32,000 bases of DNA from positions 4,350,001 through 4,382,000 of the forward strand of contig CP001848.1 in assembly GCA_000025185.1 (NCBI GenBank), read 5' to 3'. Every line of letters begins with the position of its first letter. The first letter of the stretch is position 1. The position numbers and the translations under genes were made by a program. Shown piece by piece: positions 1-8,251 of the stretch. The stretch comes from Pirellula staleyi DSM 6068. GTDB lineage: Bacteria > Planctomycetota > Planctomycetia > Pirellulales > Pirellulaceae. Under the pieces are notes generated by a model. It saw only the letters and a program-made list of their open reading frames with translations. It was not told the origin of the DNA and made no database searches.

Positions 1-30
1 GGCGAGGAATTGACGCGCTGCCGAAATCAC

Positions 31-231
31 GTAGGTCAGATGCCCGGAGGGAATCTGACGGGAGCAGATTTTGCCAGCAGAAAACGCGTTGTAGATGCGA
101 GGCCACGCAATCAGATCACGACATCTGGTACTAGAGACTTCAAGCGTCGACTCGCTGGCAGGAGAAGTGAAGCCGGTTTGAGAATTGCCGGATCAACTCC
201 TGTCAGGTCCCTGAGAGGGGACCTGACCTAC
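31..231. repeat. REPIN-like ~200-bp intergenic element, copy A (two inverted GTAG-headed palindromic units flanking a variable core)
   Basis: The left end GTAGGTCAGATGCCCGGAGGGAATCTGACGGGAG (31-64) and right end CTCCTGTCAGGTCCCTGAGAGGGGACCTGACCTAC (197-231) are imperfect inverted repeats. Each end is itself a hairpin (GTCAGAT/ATCTGAC; GTCAGGTCCC/GGGACCTGAC, 202-227). The same ends plus ~30 nt of subterminal sequence recur at 5291-5492 and 11367-11569, with a divergent core. All copies are intergenic. Confidence 0.8.
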
Positions 232-250
232 TACTGAGGATTACATTAAC

Positions 251-380
251 CGATAGACGAAGTGCCACTAGTCCGTCTAGCGATCAATGTCATCCTAATT
301 CGAGCCTCACACTGCTGGACAAGCCAGCAGTGCCACCCCGCTTTGCCTGACATTGATTGCCAGACGTCGTACTACGGGAT
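251..380. repeat. Second small intergenic repeat family, copy X1
   Basis: CGATAGACGAAGT(GCC)ACTAG (251-268) and CGTCTAGCGATCAATGTCAT (274-293) match 27327-27344 and 27151-27170 (19/20 for the 20-mer). A degenerate second copy of the first motif lies near 361-380 (AGACGTCGTACTACGGGA). The motif cores CGATAGACG and CGTCTAGCG are near reverse complements. An internal perfect hairpin CTGCTGG-acaag-CCAGCAG is present. Confidence 0.4.
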
Positions 381-415
381 TGCTTTCGCGGCAGGAGCGT
401 GGCACACGGCATTTT

Positions 416-438
416 TTGTCCGGTGGAACCGGACCTAC
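416..438 (-). repeat. REP-like unit (minus strand GTAGGTCCGGTTCCACCGGACAA)
   Basis: A GTAG head is followed by a 7-bp-stem palindrome GTCCGGT-TCC-ACCGGAC. The same unit occurs at 5395-5417 and 11328-11350, and in opposite orientation as a variant at 11241-11264. It is followed by 13-nt periodic head repeats (435-459). Confidence 0.75.
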
Positions 439-498
439 AGGTCTGATCTACAGGTCTGACCTGCGGGACGGCGGGGCATTGTAAAACCGGTGGAGTTT

Positions 499-1923
499 TT
501 AGCTCAAAATGGGTTTGACGATGTGGCCGTGGACGTCGGTGAGGCGGAAGTCGCGACCTTGAGCGCGGAAGGTCATGCGCTCGTGATCGACACCAAGCAG
601 ATGCAGCAGCGTGGCGTGCAGGTCGTGCACTTCGCAGATGTTGTCGACCGCATTGTAGCCCAGTTCATCGGTGGCACCGTAGGTGATGCCACCCTTGATG
701 CCTCCGCCGCAGAGCCATGCCGAAAAGCCTTTGATATGGTGGTCGCGGCCATTGCCTTGCGCCATCGGCGTGCGACCGAATTCGCCCGTCCAGACGATGA
801 GCGTATCTTTGAGCATGTCGCGCGCTTTGAGGTCGCGAATCAGCGCTGCACAAGGTCCGTCGATCTCTCCCACCGTTCCGGCGATCTGATCTTTCACGCC
901 GCCATGATGGTCCCAGTCGCGATGATAGAGCTGAATGAAGCGGACGCCCCGTTCGGCCAAACGGCGCGCGAGGAGACAGTTGGCGGCGAACGTTCCATCG
1001 GCTCCCTTGGTGCCGTAGAGGTCGAGCACGTGCTGCGGCTCGTCCGACAGATCCATCAGTTGCGGCACACTCGTTTGCATCCGAAACGCTAGTTCGTACT
1101 GCGCAATGCGCGTGGCGATCTCGGGATCGTGCAGCGTGCTGTTGGCCTCTTCGTTCAGTTTGCGGACGGTGTCGACGACATCACTTTGCTGATCGAGCGT
1201 GACACCGGCGGGACGATTGACGTAGAGAACCGGATCCCCTTTGGAGCGAAGTTCTACCCCTTGAAACTTGCTCGGCAAAAACCCGCTGTGCCACTGCCGC
1301 GAGGCGATCGGCTGTCCCTGGCCATACTTGCCAGTGGAGGTGAGGACGACAAAGCCGGGGAGATTTTCGGTCTCGCACCCGAGGCCATACGTCAGCCACG
1401 AGCCCATCGCGGGTCGGCCGCTGATGGTGCTGCCGGTGTTCATGAAGGTGTGGGCCGGGTCGTGATTGATCGCCTGCGTTCGCAAGGAATTGACGATGCA
1501 AAGTTCGTCGGCCAATTCGCCGAGCTTGCTGAACAGCGTCGCCATTTGCTGGCCCGACTCGCCAAACTTTTTGAACGGATGCTGCGGCGCCAGGCACTTC
1601 AGCTGTTGCCCTTGCAGCTGCGCGATCGGCTGACCTTTGGTGAACGACTCGGGCATCGGCTGGCCACTCATTTCGGCCAATTTGGGCTTGTAGTCGAGCG
1701 TTTCGAGATGCGATGGGCCACCGGCCATCGTCAGAAAGATGATTCGCTTCGCACGCGGCGCGTGGTGCAGTTGTCCCAAGATGCCGGGGACAAAATGGTC
1801 GGCGCCATGCAGCGTGGAACTTGCCAGCAAAGAACCGAGCGCGACGCTGCCAATGCCAGTGGCGGTGCGTGAAAGGAAAGTGCGGCGCGACATCGCGGCG
1901 AGAAGCTGTGAAGTGAGTTGCAT
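499..1923 (-). CDS. DUF1501 domain protein (sulfatase/alkaline-phosphatase-like fold) with twin-arginine signal
   Basis: 474-aa ORF. The N-terminus MSRRTFLSRTATGIGSVALGSLLA is TAT-like. Motifs typical of DUF1501 are present (GGPSHLETLDYKP, HRDWDHHG, WTGEFGRTP). It sits 55 bp downstream of its usual PSCyt/DUF1553 partner. Confidence 0.9.
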   Translation of the reverse strand: MQLTSQLLAAMSRRTFLSRTATGIGSVALGSLLASSTLHGADHFVPGILGQLHHAPRAKRIIFLTMAGGPSHLETLDYKPKLAEMSGQPMPESFTKGQPIAQLQGQQLKCLAPQHPFKKFGESGQQMATLFSKLGELADELCIVNSLRTQAINHDPAHTFMNTGSTISGRPAMGSWLTYGLGCETENLPGFVVLTSTGKYGQGQPIASRQWHSGFLPSKFQGVELRSKGDPVLYVNRPAGVTLDQQSDVVDTVRKLNEEANSTLHDPEIATRIAQYELAFRMQTSVPQLMDLSDEPQHVLDLYGTKGADGTFAANCLLARRLAERGVRFIQLYHRDWDHHGGVKDQIAGTVGEIDGPCAALIRDLKARDMLKDTLIVWTGEFGRTPMAQGNGRDHHIKGFSAWLCGGGIKGGITYGATDELGYNAVDNICEVHDLHATLLHLLGVDHERMTFRAQGRDFRLTDVHGHIVKPILS

Positions 1924-1978
1924 CGGAATATCTCTAGCGAATGGTTGTGCGGAGGGAATCGCTCGTGGCGCTACAGGG

Positions 1979-4900
1979 TTAGTTGCGGGTGATACCTTCG
2001 TGAAGGTTCAAGAGCACGCGGCTGATGCTCGTCCAAGCAGCCAACTGCGGCGCGGGGATATCGGCCGGCGATCCGCTCATGCCAATTGCCAAAAGTTCGG
2101 CGGCCGAGGAAGGATTCGCCTCGTACTCCTGGAGATGCTTGGCGAGCAGCTCGGTGAGAATGGCCAGTTCAGCGGGGCGCGCTTCGCGCGAGACGACGGT
2201 GCGATAGCCAAACTGCAAACGCTGCTCGGTCGACTCTCCCCCTTGCTTCAAAATCTTCACCGCCAGGTTGCGTGCCGATTCGACGTAGGTTGGATCGTTC
2301 AGCAGCACGAGCGCTTGCTGTGGCGTGTTCGAACGAGGTCGCTCGACGGTGCATTCTTCGCGGCTCGGCGCATCGAAGGCGGCAAGGCTTGGATGCAGGA
2401 ACGTGCGCTGCCAGTAGGTGTAGAGACCGCGACGATACTGCGCATCGCCGGTGTCGTTTTGCCACTCGCGGCGTGGGAAGTTGAGGTACTGCCAATAGCC
2501 GGCGGGCTGATAGGGCTTCACGCTCGGGCCACCGATTTGCGGCACGAGCAAACCACTGGTGAAGAGAGCGTTGTCGCGCACCATTTCAGCATCGATGCGA
2601 AAACGGTTCTGACGCAAAAAGAGCTGATTAGCCGGATCAGCCGCCAGGAGTTCAGGAGTCCCCAGCGAGCTTTGACGATAGGCACTGGAGGTGAGAATCG
2701 TCTCGAACAGACGTTTTACATTCCACTTGCTTTCGATGAAGTCGACCGCGAGGTAATCGAGCAGTTCGGGATGCGTTGGCTGTGCACCTTGCGAGCCAAA
2801 GTCGTCGAGCGTTTCGACGAGCCCTTCGCCGAAGGCGAGTTTCCAAACGCGGTTGACAAACACACGGGCGGTGAGGGGATTTTCGCGCGCGACCATCCAG
2901 TTGGCGAAGTCGAGTCGCGAGGGAGCCGCCCCATCTTTGCCGGTGACTTGCGGCAAGAAGGCAGGAACAGCTGCCGTGACAATTTCGCCCGAATCGTCGA
3001 GCCAATTTCCTCGGGGAAGAATGCGCACCACTCGTGGCGCGCCCGACATACTGACGAGTGTCGTGGGAATCGAAGCGTCGACTTCTTTGCGCTCTTTTTC
3101 GAGCGTCAGCTCGCGGGCCCGGGCATCGGCGAGGACCGGCGTGGTGCGCCGGAAATCAGCGTCGAGCAGTTTCTTTTGCTCGTCGGTCCGCTTGTCGTCA
3201 GGAGTCAAAACCGCTTCGGCGAGCGACGGACTTACGGGGCTGGTGGTGAGCGCCGGTTTATCGCTCGAAGTGGTCGACAAACGGAATTTGCCAAACACAT
3301 GCTGGGGGAACTGCGAGCGGTGCTGGAGCGCGATTCGCAGCGTCGTATCGGCCGCTGCTGCGAGTGGCTGTTTCAGCACGAAGAGGGCGACGTGATCGGC
3401 AGGCGTTTGATGTCCCGAGACGGCCCAACCGGTGTCGTTCTTGTCGTCGATCGCGCCGCTGATGTCGTAGGTTGGCTGCGAAAAATCAGCTTCCGCGCGT
3501 GCCATTTCGAGCTTCGTCGCCGAACCATCGGCGGCGATTTTTTCCGCGACAAACTCCGTCATCACCACATTGCCGTTCCCCCCCTTAGCGAGCCCCTTTC
3601 CAGCAAACGCCGGATCGACAAACACTTCAAGGCGAATCGCAGTGATCGGTTTCTCGTTGATCGGCAGCGTGACCAGAATCGTCTCTTGATTGGGGGTGGC
3701 TGCGGTCGATTTCAGCACGCGATCGTCTTGCAAAGCATAGGTGCTGCCGTCGAGCGTTTTGGTTTCGAGCGGAGCAGGGGTATTCCACTCAAGCTTCACG
3801 CCAGAGGCTTGGGCCTGCAGTTCTTTTTGCCAGAGAGCGAACGCTTCGAGGTAGGCTGGGCTCGACTCGCTCAACTCCTTCTTCACCGCCGCTAGTTTGG
3901 CGTCGATCTCGGCGAGCTTCTGCCGGTGGACTTCGGTCATGATCTTCGTTTGGTCTTGTCGACCGACAGCCCGCTCGTTGACGTCGGCAAAGAAGGCGGC
4001 CATCGAATAAAAGTCGCGAGCCGTGAAGGGGTCGAACTTATGGTTGTGGCATTCGCAGCACCCCATGGTGCTGGCCAGCCAGATAGCAGCGGTGTTGCGG
4101 ACCCGATCGGCCTGATACTTGGCGCTATACTCCTTGGCCTGTGCGCCACCTTCTTCGGTCGTTTGCAACAGCCGATTGAAGCCCGAAGCGATGCGGGTTT
4201 CGTCGGTAGCACCGGGGAGCAGATCGCCAGCGAGCTGCTCGCGTGTGAACTCGTCGAACGGCTTGTTGCTATTGAACGCGCTGATCACGTAATCGCGATA
4301 CATCCAGACATCGCGGTGGTTATCGCTGTGATAGCCACCGGTGTCGGCGTAACGCACAATGTCGAGCCAGTAGAGCGCCATCCGCTCGCCAAAATGCTTG
4401 CTCGCCAGGAGTCGCTGCACTTGTTTCTCGTAGGCATCGGCGCTCGTGTCGCGCAGGAAGGCATCGACCTCGGCGGGCGTGGGGGGGAGCCCGGTCAGAT
4501 CGAACGACAAACGGCGCAGCAAGGTGGTCCGATCAGCTTCGCTGCTTGGCGCGAGCTTGCGCTCTTTCGCAGCGGCAAAAATGAATTGGTCGATGGCTCC
4601 ACGCGACCAGCTATCTCCGGCGACCTTGGGTGGCGTGGTGCGCACGGGCACCTGGTAGGCCCAGTGGCTGTCGAATTTGGCCCCTTCAGCGACCCAGCGT
4701 TTCAGCAGCTCGACTTCGGCCGCCGGCACCGTGGGCTTTTTGCTCGCGGCGGGTGGCATCCGCACCTCAGGATCGTCGCTGATGATCCGCGCAATCAACT
4801 CACTGGCGGCCACATCCCCCGGCGCGATCAGTTTTTTGTTCTCGTCGGTCGGCAGGTCGAGCCGCAAATCGGCCTGACGCTCCGCTTCGTCCGGTCCGTG

Positions 4901-5035
4901 ACAGGCAAAACAGCGGTTGGAAAGAATCGGTTTGATCTGTCGGCTGAAGCTCACCGGCGGCTCGGCTGCGAGCACCGGTTGCTGCGTCAAAAGCGTGATG
5001 GCGAGAATCCAAGCGACGGACGAAAGACGGAGCAT
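1979..5035 (-). CDS. PSCyt / DUF1549 / DUF1553 (PSD1) domain protein, secreted
   Basis: 1018-aa ORF with a signal peptide (MLRLSSVAWILAITLLTQQPVLAAEP). It has a planctomycete cytochrome-c-like CFACHGPDEAERQADLRLD (CxxCH) motif, a DUF1549-like RRLSFDLTGLPPTPAEVDAF motif and a DUF1553-like C-terminus (RRGLYTYWQRTFLHPSLAAFDAPSRE). Confidence 0.9.
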   Translation of the reverse strand: MLRLSSVAWILAITLLTQQPVLAAEPPVSFSRQIKPILSNRCFACHGPDEAERQADLRLDLPTDENKKLIAPGDVAASELIARIISDDPEVRMPPAASKKPTVPAAEVELLKRWVAEGAKFDSHWAYQVPVRTTPPKVAGDSWSRGAIDQFIFAAAKERKLAPSSEADRTTLLRRLSFDLTGLPPTPAEVDAFLRDTSADAYEKQVQRLLASKHFGERMALYWLDIVRYADTGGYHSDNHRDVWMYRDYVISAFNSNKPFDEFTREQLAGDLLPGATDETRIASGFNRLLQTTEEGGAQAKEYSAKYQADRVRNTAAIWLASTMGCCECHNHKFDPFTARDFYSMAAFFADVNERAVGRQDQTKIMTEVHRQKLAEIDAKLAAVKKELSESSPAYLEAFALWQKELQAQASGVKLEWNTPAPLETKTLDGSTYALQDDRVLKSTAATPNQETILVTLPINEKPITAIRLEVFVDPAFAGKGLAKGGNGNVVMTEFVAEKIAADGSATKLEMARAEADFSQPTYDISGAIDDKNDTGWAVSGHQTPADHVALFVLKQPLAAAADTTLRIALQHRSQFPQHVFGKFRLSTTSSDKPALTTSPVSPSLAEAVLTPDDKRTDEQKKLLDADFRRTTPVLADARARELTLEKERKEVDASIPTTLVSMSGAPRVVRILPRGNWLDDSGEIVTAAVPAFLPQVTGKDGAAPSRLDFANWMVARENPLTARVFVNRVWKLAFGEGLVETLDDFGSQGAQPTHPELLDYLAVDFIESKWNVKRLFETILTSSAYRQSSLGTPELLAADPANQLFLRQNRFRIDAEMVRDNALFTSGLLVPQIGGPSVKPYQPAGYWQYLNFPRREWQNDTGDAQYRRGLYTYWQRTFLHPSLAAFDAPSREECTVERPRSNTPQQALVLLNDPTYVESARNLAVKILKQGGESTEQRLQFGYRTVVSREARPAELAILTELLAKHLQEYEANPSSAAELLAIGMSGSPADIPAPQLAAWTSISRVLLNLHEGITRN

Positions 5036-5290
5036 AGACGTAGTTCCTCGGCAAACATCGCGCGGAAAGAAGGGAGAGGTGGGAGGGACCGCAGGTCGAT
5101 CAGCAGCCAGGTGGGAGATCGCGGCTGCGGGAAGTCTTGGTGCGACCTCGCGGGGCTGCGACCCATCAATCTTGCTTAATAGTTTACTACGCCTCGATTT
5201 ACAGCGTCAACCAAAAGGTTGGCCCTGGAGCACCGCCCAAGCAGCCGCGGAATAGACCGCCAGCTCTGTAGGTCATTTATGTAGGTCCGG

Positions 5291-5492
5291 TGCCCGGAGG
5301 GAATCGGACGGGAGAGGAGATTGCCAACCGAGAACGCAATCCGGCTTCAGAGCCCCGCGATAAGAGCCTTGCACCCGTCAATTCTTGTCCGGTGGAACCG
5401 GACCTATGGGGTTCGACGGTAGAAGGCATGAAACCGGCTTGAGAATTGCCAGCTCAACTCCCGTCAGGTCCCTGAGAGGGGACCTGACCTAC
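5291..5492. repeat. REPIN-like ~200-bp intergenic element, copy B (with a nested small REP unit at 5395-5417)
   Basis: Left end GTAGGTCCGGTGCCCGGAGGGAATCGGACGGGAG; right end CTCCCGTCAGGTCCCTGAGAGGGGACCTGACCTAC (stem 5463-5472/5479-5488). Extra partial heads flank it (GTAGGTCA 5278-5285; CTGACCTACA repeated with 13-nt period at 5484-5514). Confidence 0.8.
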
Positions 5493-5536
5493 AGAGCTGA
5501 CCTACACAGCTGACGCGATAGGAGCATGGCACCCGG

Positions 5537-5562
5537 TTACCAGGGATGTATATCCCTGGTAA
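5537..5562. repeat. Perfect palindrome TTACCAGGGAT-GTAT-ATCCCTGGTAA
   Basis: An 11-bp perfect stem with a 4-nt loop, read directly. It is intergenic, just beyond the putative terminator of the DUF11 gene. A stem of this length is unlikely by chance in 32 kb. Confidence 0.6.
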
Positions 5563-5607
5563 GAAAATGAGCAAGGGCGATGAAAACCGGTTGGTTGACA
5601 TCGCCCT
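5561..5607 (-). terminator. Putative intrinsic terminator of the 5643-7724 gene
   Basis: On the minus strand the sequence reads AGGGCGATG-(16 nt loop containing AACCGGTT)-CATCGCCCT followed by TGCTCATTTTCTT. It starts 36 nt after the stop codon. The loop is long and the T-run is interrupted, so confidence is moderate. Confidence 0.45.
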
Positions 5608-5642
5608 CGTGTGATTGCTAGAGACTGCCCAATGATCGGCTG

Positions 5643-7724
5643 TTAGCGAATGAGTGGGGCTGGGGTGGGAGCGACGGGACTAGCAGCGGCTGGGGCTCGG
5701 CGGGCAGCGGCACTGTCGGCAAAGAAGCGGCTGGCACCTTCGCTCACGAGTCGCAGCTCACCGGCATCTCCCGTCACTTCGACGCGGAACTGCAAGGTTC
5801 CACCCCGATCGGCCCGGGCCTTAATCTTCACCGTCACCTGCTCGCCTGCAGGGAGCTGTGGCAGAGGTTCGCAAACCACCTGACCCGGCACGATCTTTCC
5901 TTCGCCACCTTCGACAGCGATTGGCTCGATCCCTTCGGCAAACTGCATCACGATTCGGACATTCTCGGCGGCCTTAGTCCCCCGGTTCATCACCTGCACT
6001 TCGTACACCACATCTTCACCCGCTGGGGAAGGACCGGCTGGGTCGTTCACCACCAGTTTGAGATCCGAAATCGCTTCCACGGTGGTCTCGCACTTGGCTT
6101 GCGAAGCCGTACCATTGCCGCTGATTGCTTCGAGGTCGAAGCTGAGCGGACCAGTGGCACCGAGCAGCACCTGGAACGTGTACGTTTTCTCGCCACCCGG
6201 TGGAATGCTGGTCACTTTCCACTTGAGGCCAGCGGCGTCGGTCTTGGCGTTTTCGATACCGCCGAGGTACTTCACACCACGGGGCAGGGCCACGCTCAGC
6301 ATGACGTCGTCGGCAGCAGCATTTCCTTGGTTAACGACCGTCACACTGTAGTCGCCAGGGGTGCCGGCATACTTGAGGGCGGGACCTTGCAGATCGAGAG
6401 CGAGCGAAGCCATGCGGACGAGCACTTTCGTGGCGGTATCGGCCACGAGCGCCCCATCTCCGGTGGCGGTTGCTTTGATTTCCATTTCCCCAGGATCGGT
6501 CGCTTTCACGTCGACAGCGACTTCGCGCGAGGTACCTGCTTCGAGCGTTCCGACGTCGATCTGCTGCGGTGGATTGCCGGTCGAAGTGATGGTGATCATC
6601 ACTCCCGAAGCATCACCGGTGCCAGGGTTGGCGATTGTCAGCACCGCTTGCTTGGCCTCGCCATAGTTCATGTCGGCAGGGGCCTGCATCGCTAGTTGCA
6701 GCTGTGGACGACGGACCGCAATGGTGGCTTTGGCGGTGGTGGGACGAGCGGTGAACTCGACCGATAGATCGACCGGCTGACCATCGGTGGCGGTGAGCAT
6801 CACGCGGAGCGACGAATCGCCACGGGCTTCGATGCGCGGAATGGCCCAGACTAGGCGTCCTTGACCTTGCGGATCGGCCACCAGTTGAGCTTCGCCGTCG
6901 GCAGCTTCGAGGCCATCGATCGAAACCGAAGCGGGGACGTTGAGACGTACCAGCAGATCGGTGGCAGGAATATCAGCTTCGTTGAAGAGGTGGACGACGT
7001 AGGGAGATGATTCTTTGACGGTGATCGACTGCGGACCGCTCACATCGATACGGAGGCTAGGGCTCCGCGACGAGAGGGCGAGGTCTTGAATCGAGCGTGG
7101 CAGTGGATTGGTGCCGACCGTGGGGATGCGGCGCGACGATTGCACCGGGGCGAGCCCTTCTTCCCCTTCGACCGTTTCGAGGCGCGAAGGACGAGGCATC
7201 GACTCAGCAGGACGCGTGGCAATTTCAGGGACGGCGGCTTCGTTGATCGTGGCAGCAGCGGGACGCTTGAGAATCGACCGCGTTGCACCATCGTTATCAC
7301 TGGCCGGGGCACCGGCTGGCAAATAGTCGGTGGGAACCGGGGCAAAAGCAGGGGCCTGTGCTTCGCCGATCGGCGTGATCGAATCGTCGCTCACCGATTG
7401 CGTGGCCCCTCCCAAACGTTCGTTGACCGACGACGAGCGGCGGGGACGAACGATCGAGTTGCCTTGGATCTCTTCGCCAGCGACGAGCCGGGCTTCCCCT
7501 TGCGGCACATAAGCCGGTGGGGCCGGAATTTGCGTCGGAGGAGGGAGCGGAGCGGGCTTCACCGCAGCGGGCGGAAGCTGACGGGGCTCGCGTGGATAGA
7601 CGTTGGCCGATCCACCGCCGTAGATGCTCGAACGCGGACGAATGGCCTCTTGCGCAGTGACGATGGCGAGGGCAGAGCCAGCCACCAATCCCAGAGCGAG
7701 CACGATAGTTGCTTTACGAGGCAT
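5643..7724 (-). CDS. Secreted DUF11 (conserved repeat domain) protein with Pro-rich N-terminal region
   Basis: The ORF runs to 7769. I prefer the ATG at 7724 because it gives the signal peptide MPRKATIVLALGLVAGSALAIVTAQEA and has an AGGA 8 nt upstream. Repeated DUF11-like modules are present (VTVVNQGNAAADDVMLSVALPRGVKY; YEVQVMNRGTKAAENVRIVMQFAEGIEP). Confidence 0.8.
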   Translation of the reverse strand: MPRKATIVLALGLVAGSALAIVTAQEAIRPRSSIYGGGSANVYPREPRQLPPAAVKPAPLPPPTQIPAPPAYVPQGEARLVAGEEIQGNSIVRPRRSSSVNERLGGATQSVSDDSITPIGEAQAPAFAPVPTDYLPAGAPASDNDGATRSILKRPAAATINEAAVPEIATRPAESMPRPSRLETVEGEEGLAPVQSSRRIPTVGTNPLPRSIQDLALSSRSPSLRIDVSGPQSITVKESSPYVVHLFNEADIPATDLLVRLNVPASVSIDGLEAADGEAQLVADPQGQGRLVWAIPRIEARGDSSLRVMLTATDGQPVDLSVEFTARPTTAKATIAVRRPQLQLAMQAPADMNYGEAKQAVLTIANPGTGDASGVMITITSTGNPPQQIDVGTLEAGTSREVAVDVKATDPGEMEIKATATGDGALVADTATKVLVRMASLALDLQGPALKYAGTPGDYSVTVVNQGNAAADDVMLSVALPRGVKYLGGIENAKTDAAGLKWKVTSIPPGGEKTYTFQVLLGATGPLSFDLEAISGNGTASQAKCETTVEAISDLKLVVNDPAGPSPAGEDVVYEVQVMNRGTKAAENVRIVMQFAEGIEPIAVEGGEGKIVPGQVVCEPLPQLPAGEQVTVKIKARADRGGTLQFRVEVTGDAGELRLVSEGASRFFADSAAARRAPAAASPVAPTPAPLIR

Positions 7725-8251
7725 TCCGAGGTTCCTGAAAACGGGAACGGAGTATCTAGGCGCGGTCATGTATCGGTTAGGCGAACCTTGCGGGTTTAAT
7801 CAAGATTTCGTTTTGCGAGGAATTGGGAGAATAAGTCGACTTTGCGGCCGCTAGCGGGCTCTGATTGGCTCTCAACTCGCCATCACGGGGTTGCTAGCTC
7901 TGCTGCACGCTGCCGGATGGTCCACTGAGACAATCCGCACATTTATTTGTGCACCACAGCACAGCTGGGCGCGCTTCCGAAATTACACCCCTCGGGTAGC
8001 AATCCCCCTTTTGGCAAAATCTTGGCGCGAGCTCTCTCGTACCTAACTTCTGTCAAAGCCAGAAGATCAATTCGCCACGCCAGCATCCGCTGCCAGCCCC
8101 ACTGTGCCGCCATGACGCAGTTTTTCGCAACTGGCCCGGCCTTTGCTTTCTATGCTCTCTGCCGCCAGAGTGTGCGTTGACGAGATCCGGCTTTCGCCAG
8201 ATTGGATTGCCAGGCAAGGACTCTGTGGTGGAAGATGAAAGGTGGTGTCTC

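Noticed and set aside
202-231. GTCAGGTCC in the repeat termini resembles the SRP (4.5S) RNA domain IV sequence
   Set aside because: The adjacent conserved GGAAGGAAGCAGC and the symmetric loop partner are missing. The motif occurs in three copies as part of an inverted-repeat element.
10-237. 75-aa ORF (and the analogous 80-aa ORF at 11354-11596) lying inside the REPIN-like elements
   Set aside because: The shared terminal sequences are read in different frames in the two copies (VGQMPGGNLTG versus RRSDARRESDG), and indels shift the frame at the 3' ends. Conservation is therefore at nucleotide/structure level, not protein level.
1739-5179. Long plus-strand ORFs (718 aa and 417 aa) antisense to the PSCyt/DUF1553 gene. 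Similar antisense ORFs lie at 10113-11159, 12383-13663, 14379-15323, 16031-17482, 17856-19328, 20717-21760, 28416-29249 and 30862-31911.
   Set aside because: Each lies opposite a gene with clear family motifs. Their translations are Arg/Gly/Ala-rich with no recognisable motifs, which is the typical stop-codon-poor antisense frame of GC-rich DNA.
7725-7769. Longer N-terminal starts offered by the ORF track. They are 7769 (DUF11 protein), 8177 (cytochrome), 12168 (membrane protein), 13555 (PQQ-like protein) and 15933 (small coiled-coil ORF). They are also 17712 (typA), 20303 (Tudor-like membrane protein), 22789 (protease), 26142 (ATP-grasp::GNAT fusion) and 27943 (YkgJ).
   Set aside because: The internal ATG gives one or more of: a canonical signal peptide, a homologue-consistent N-terminus (typ[21 protein letters not shown]), an ATGA coupling (26076). 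The extensions are Arg/Cys-rich and several begin with TTG or GTG. These start choices remain predictions.
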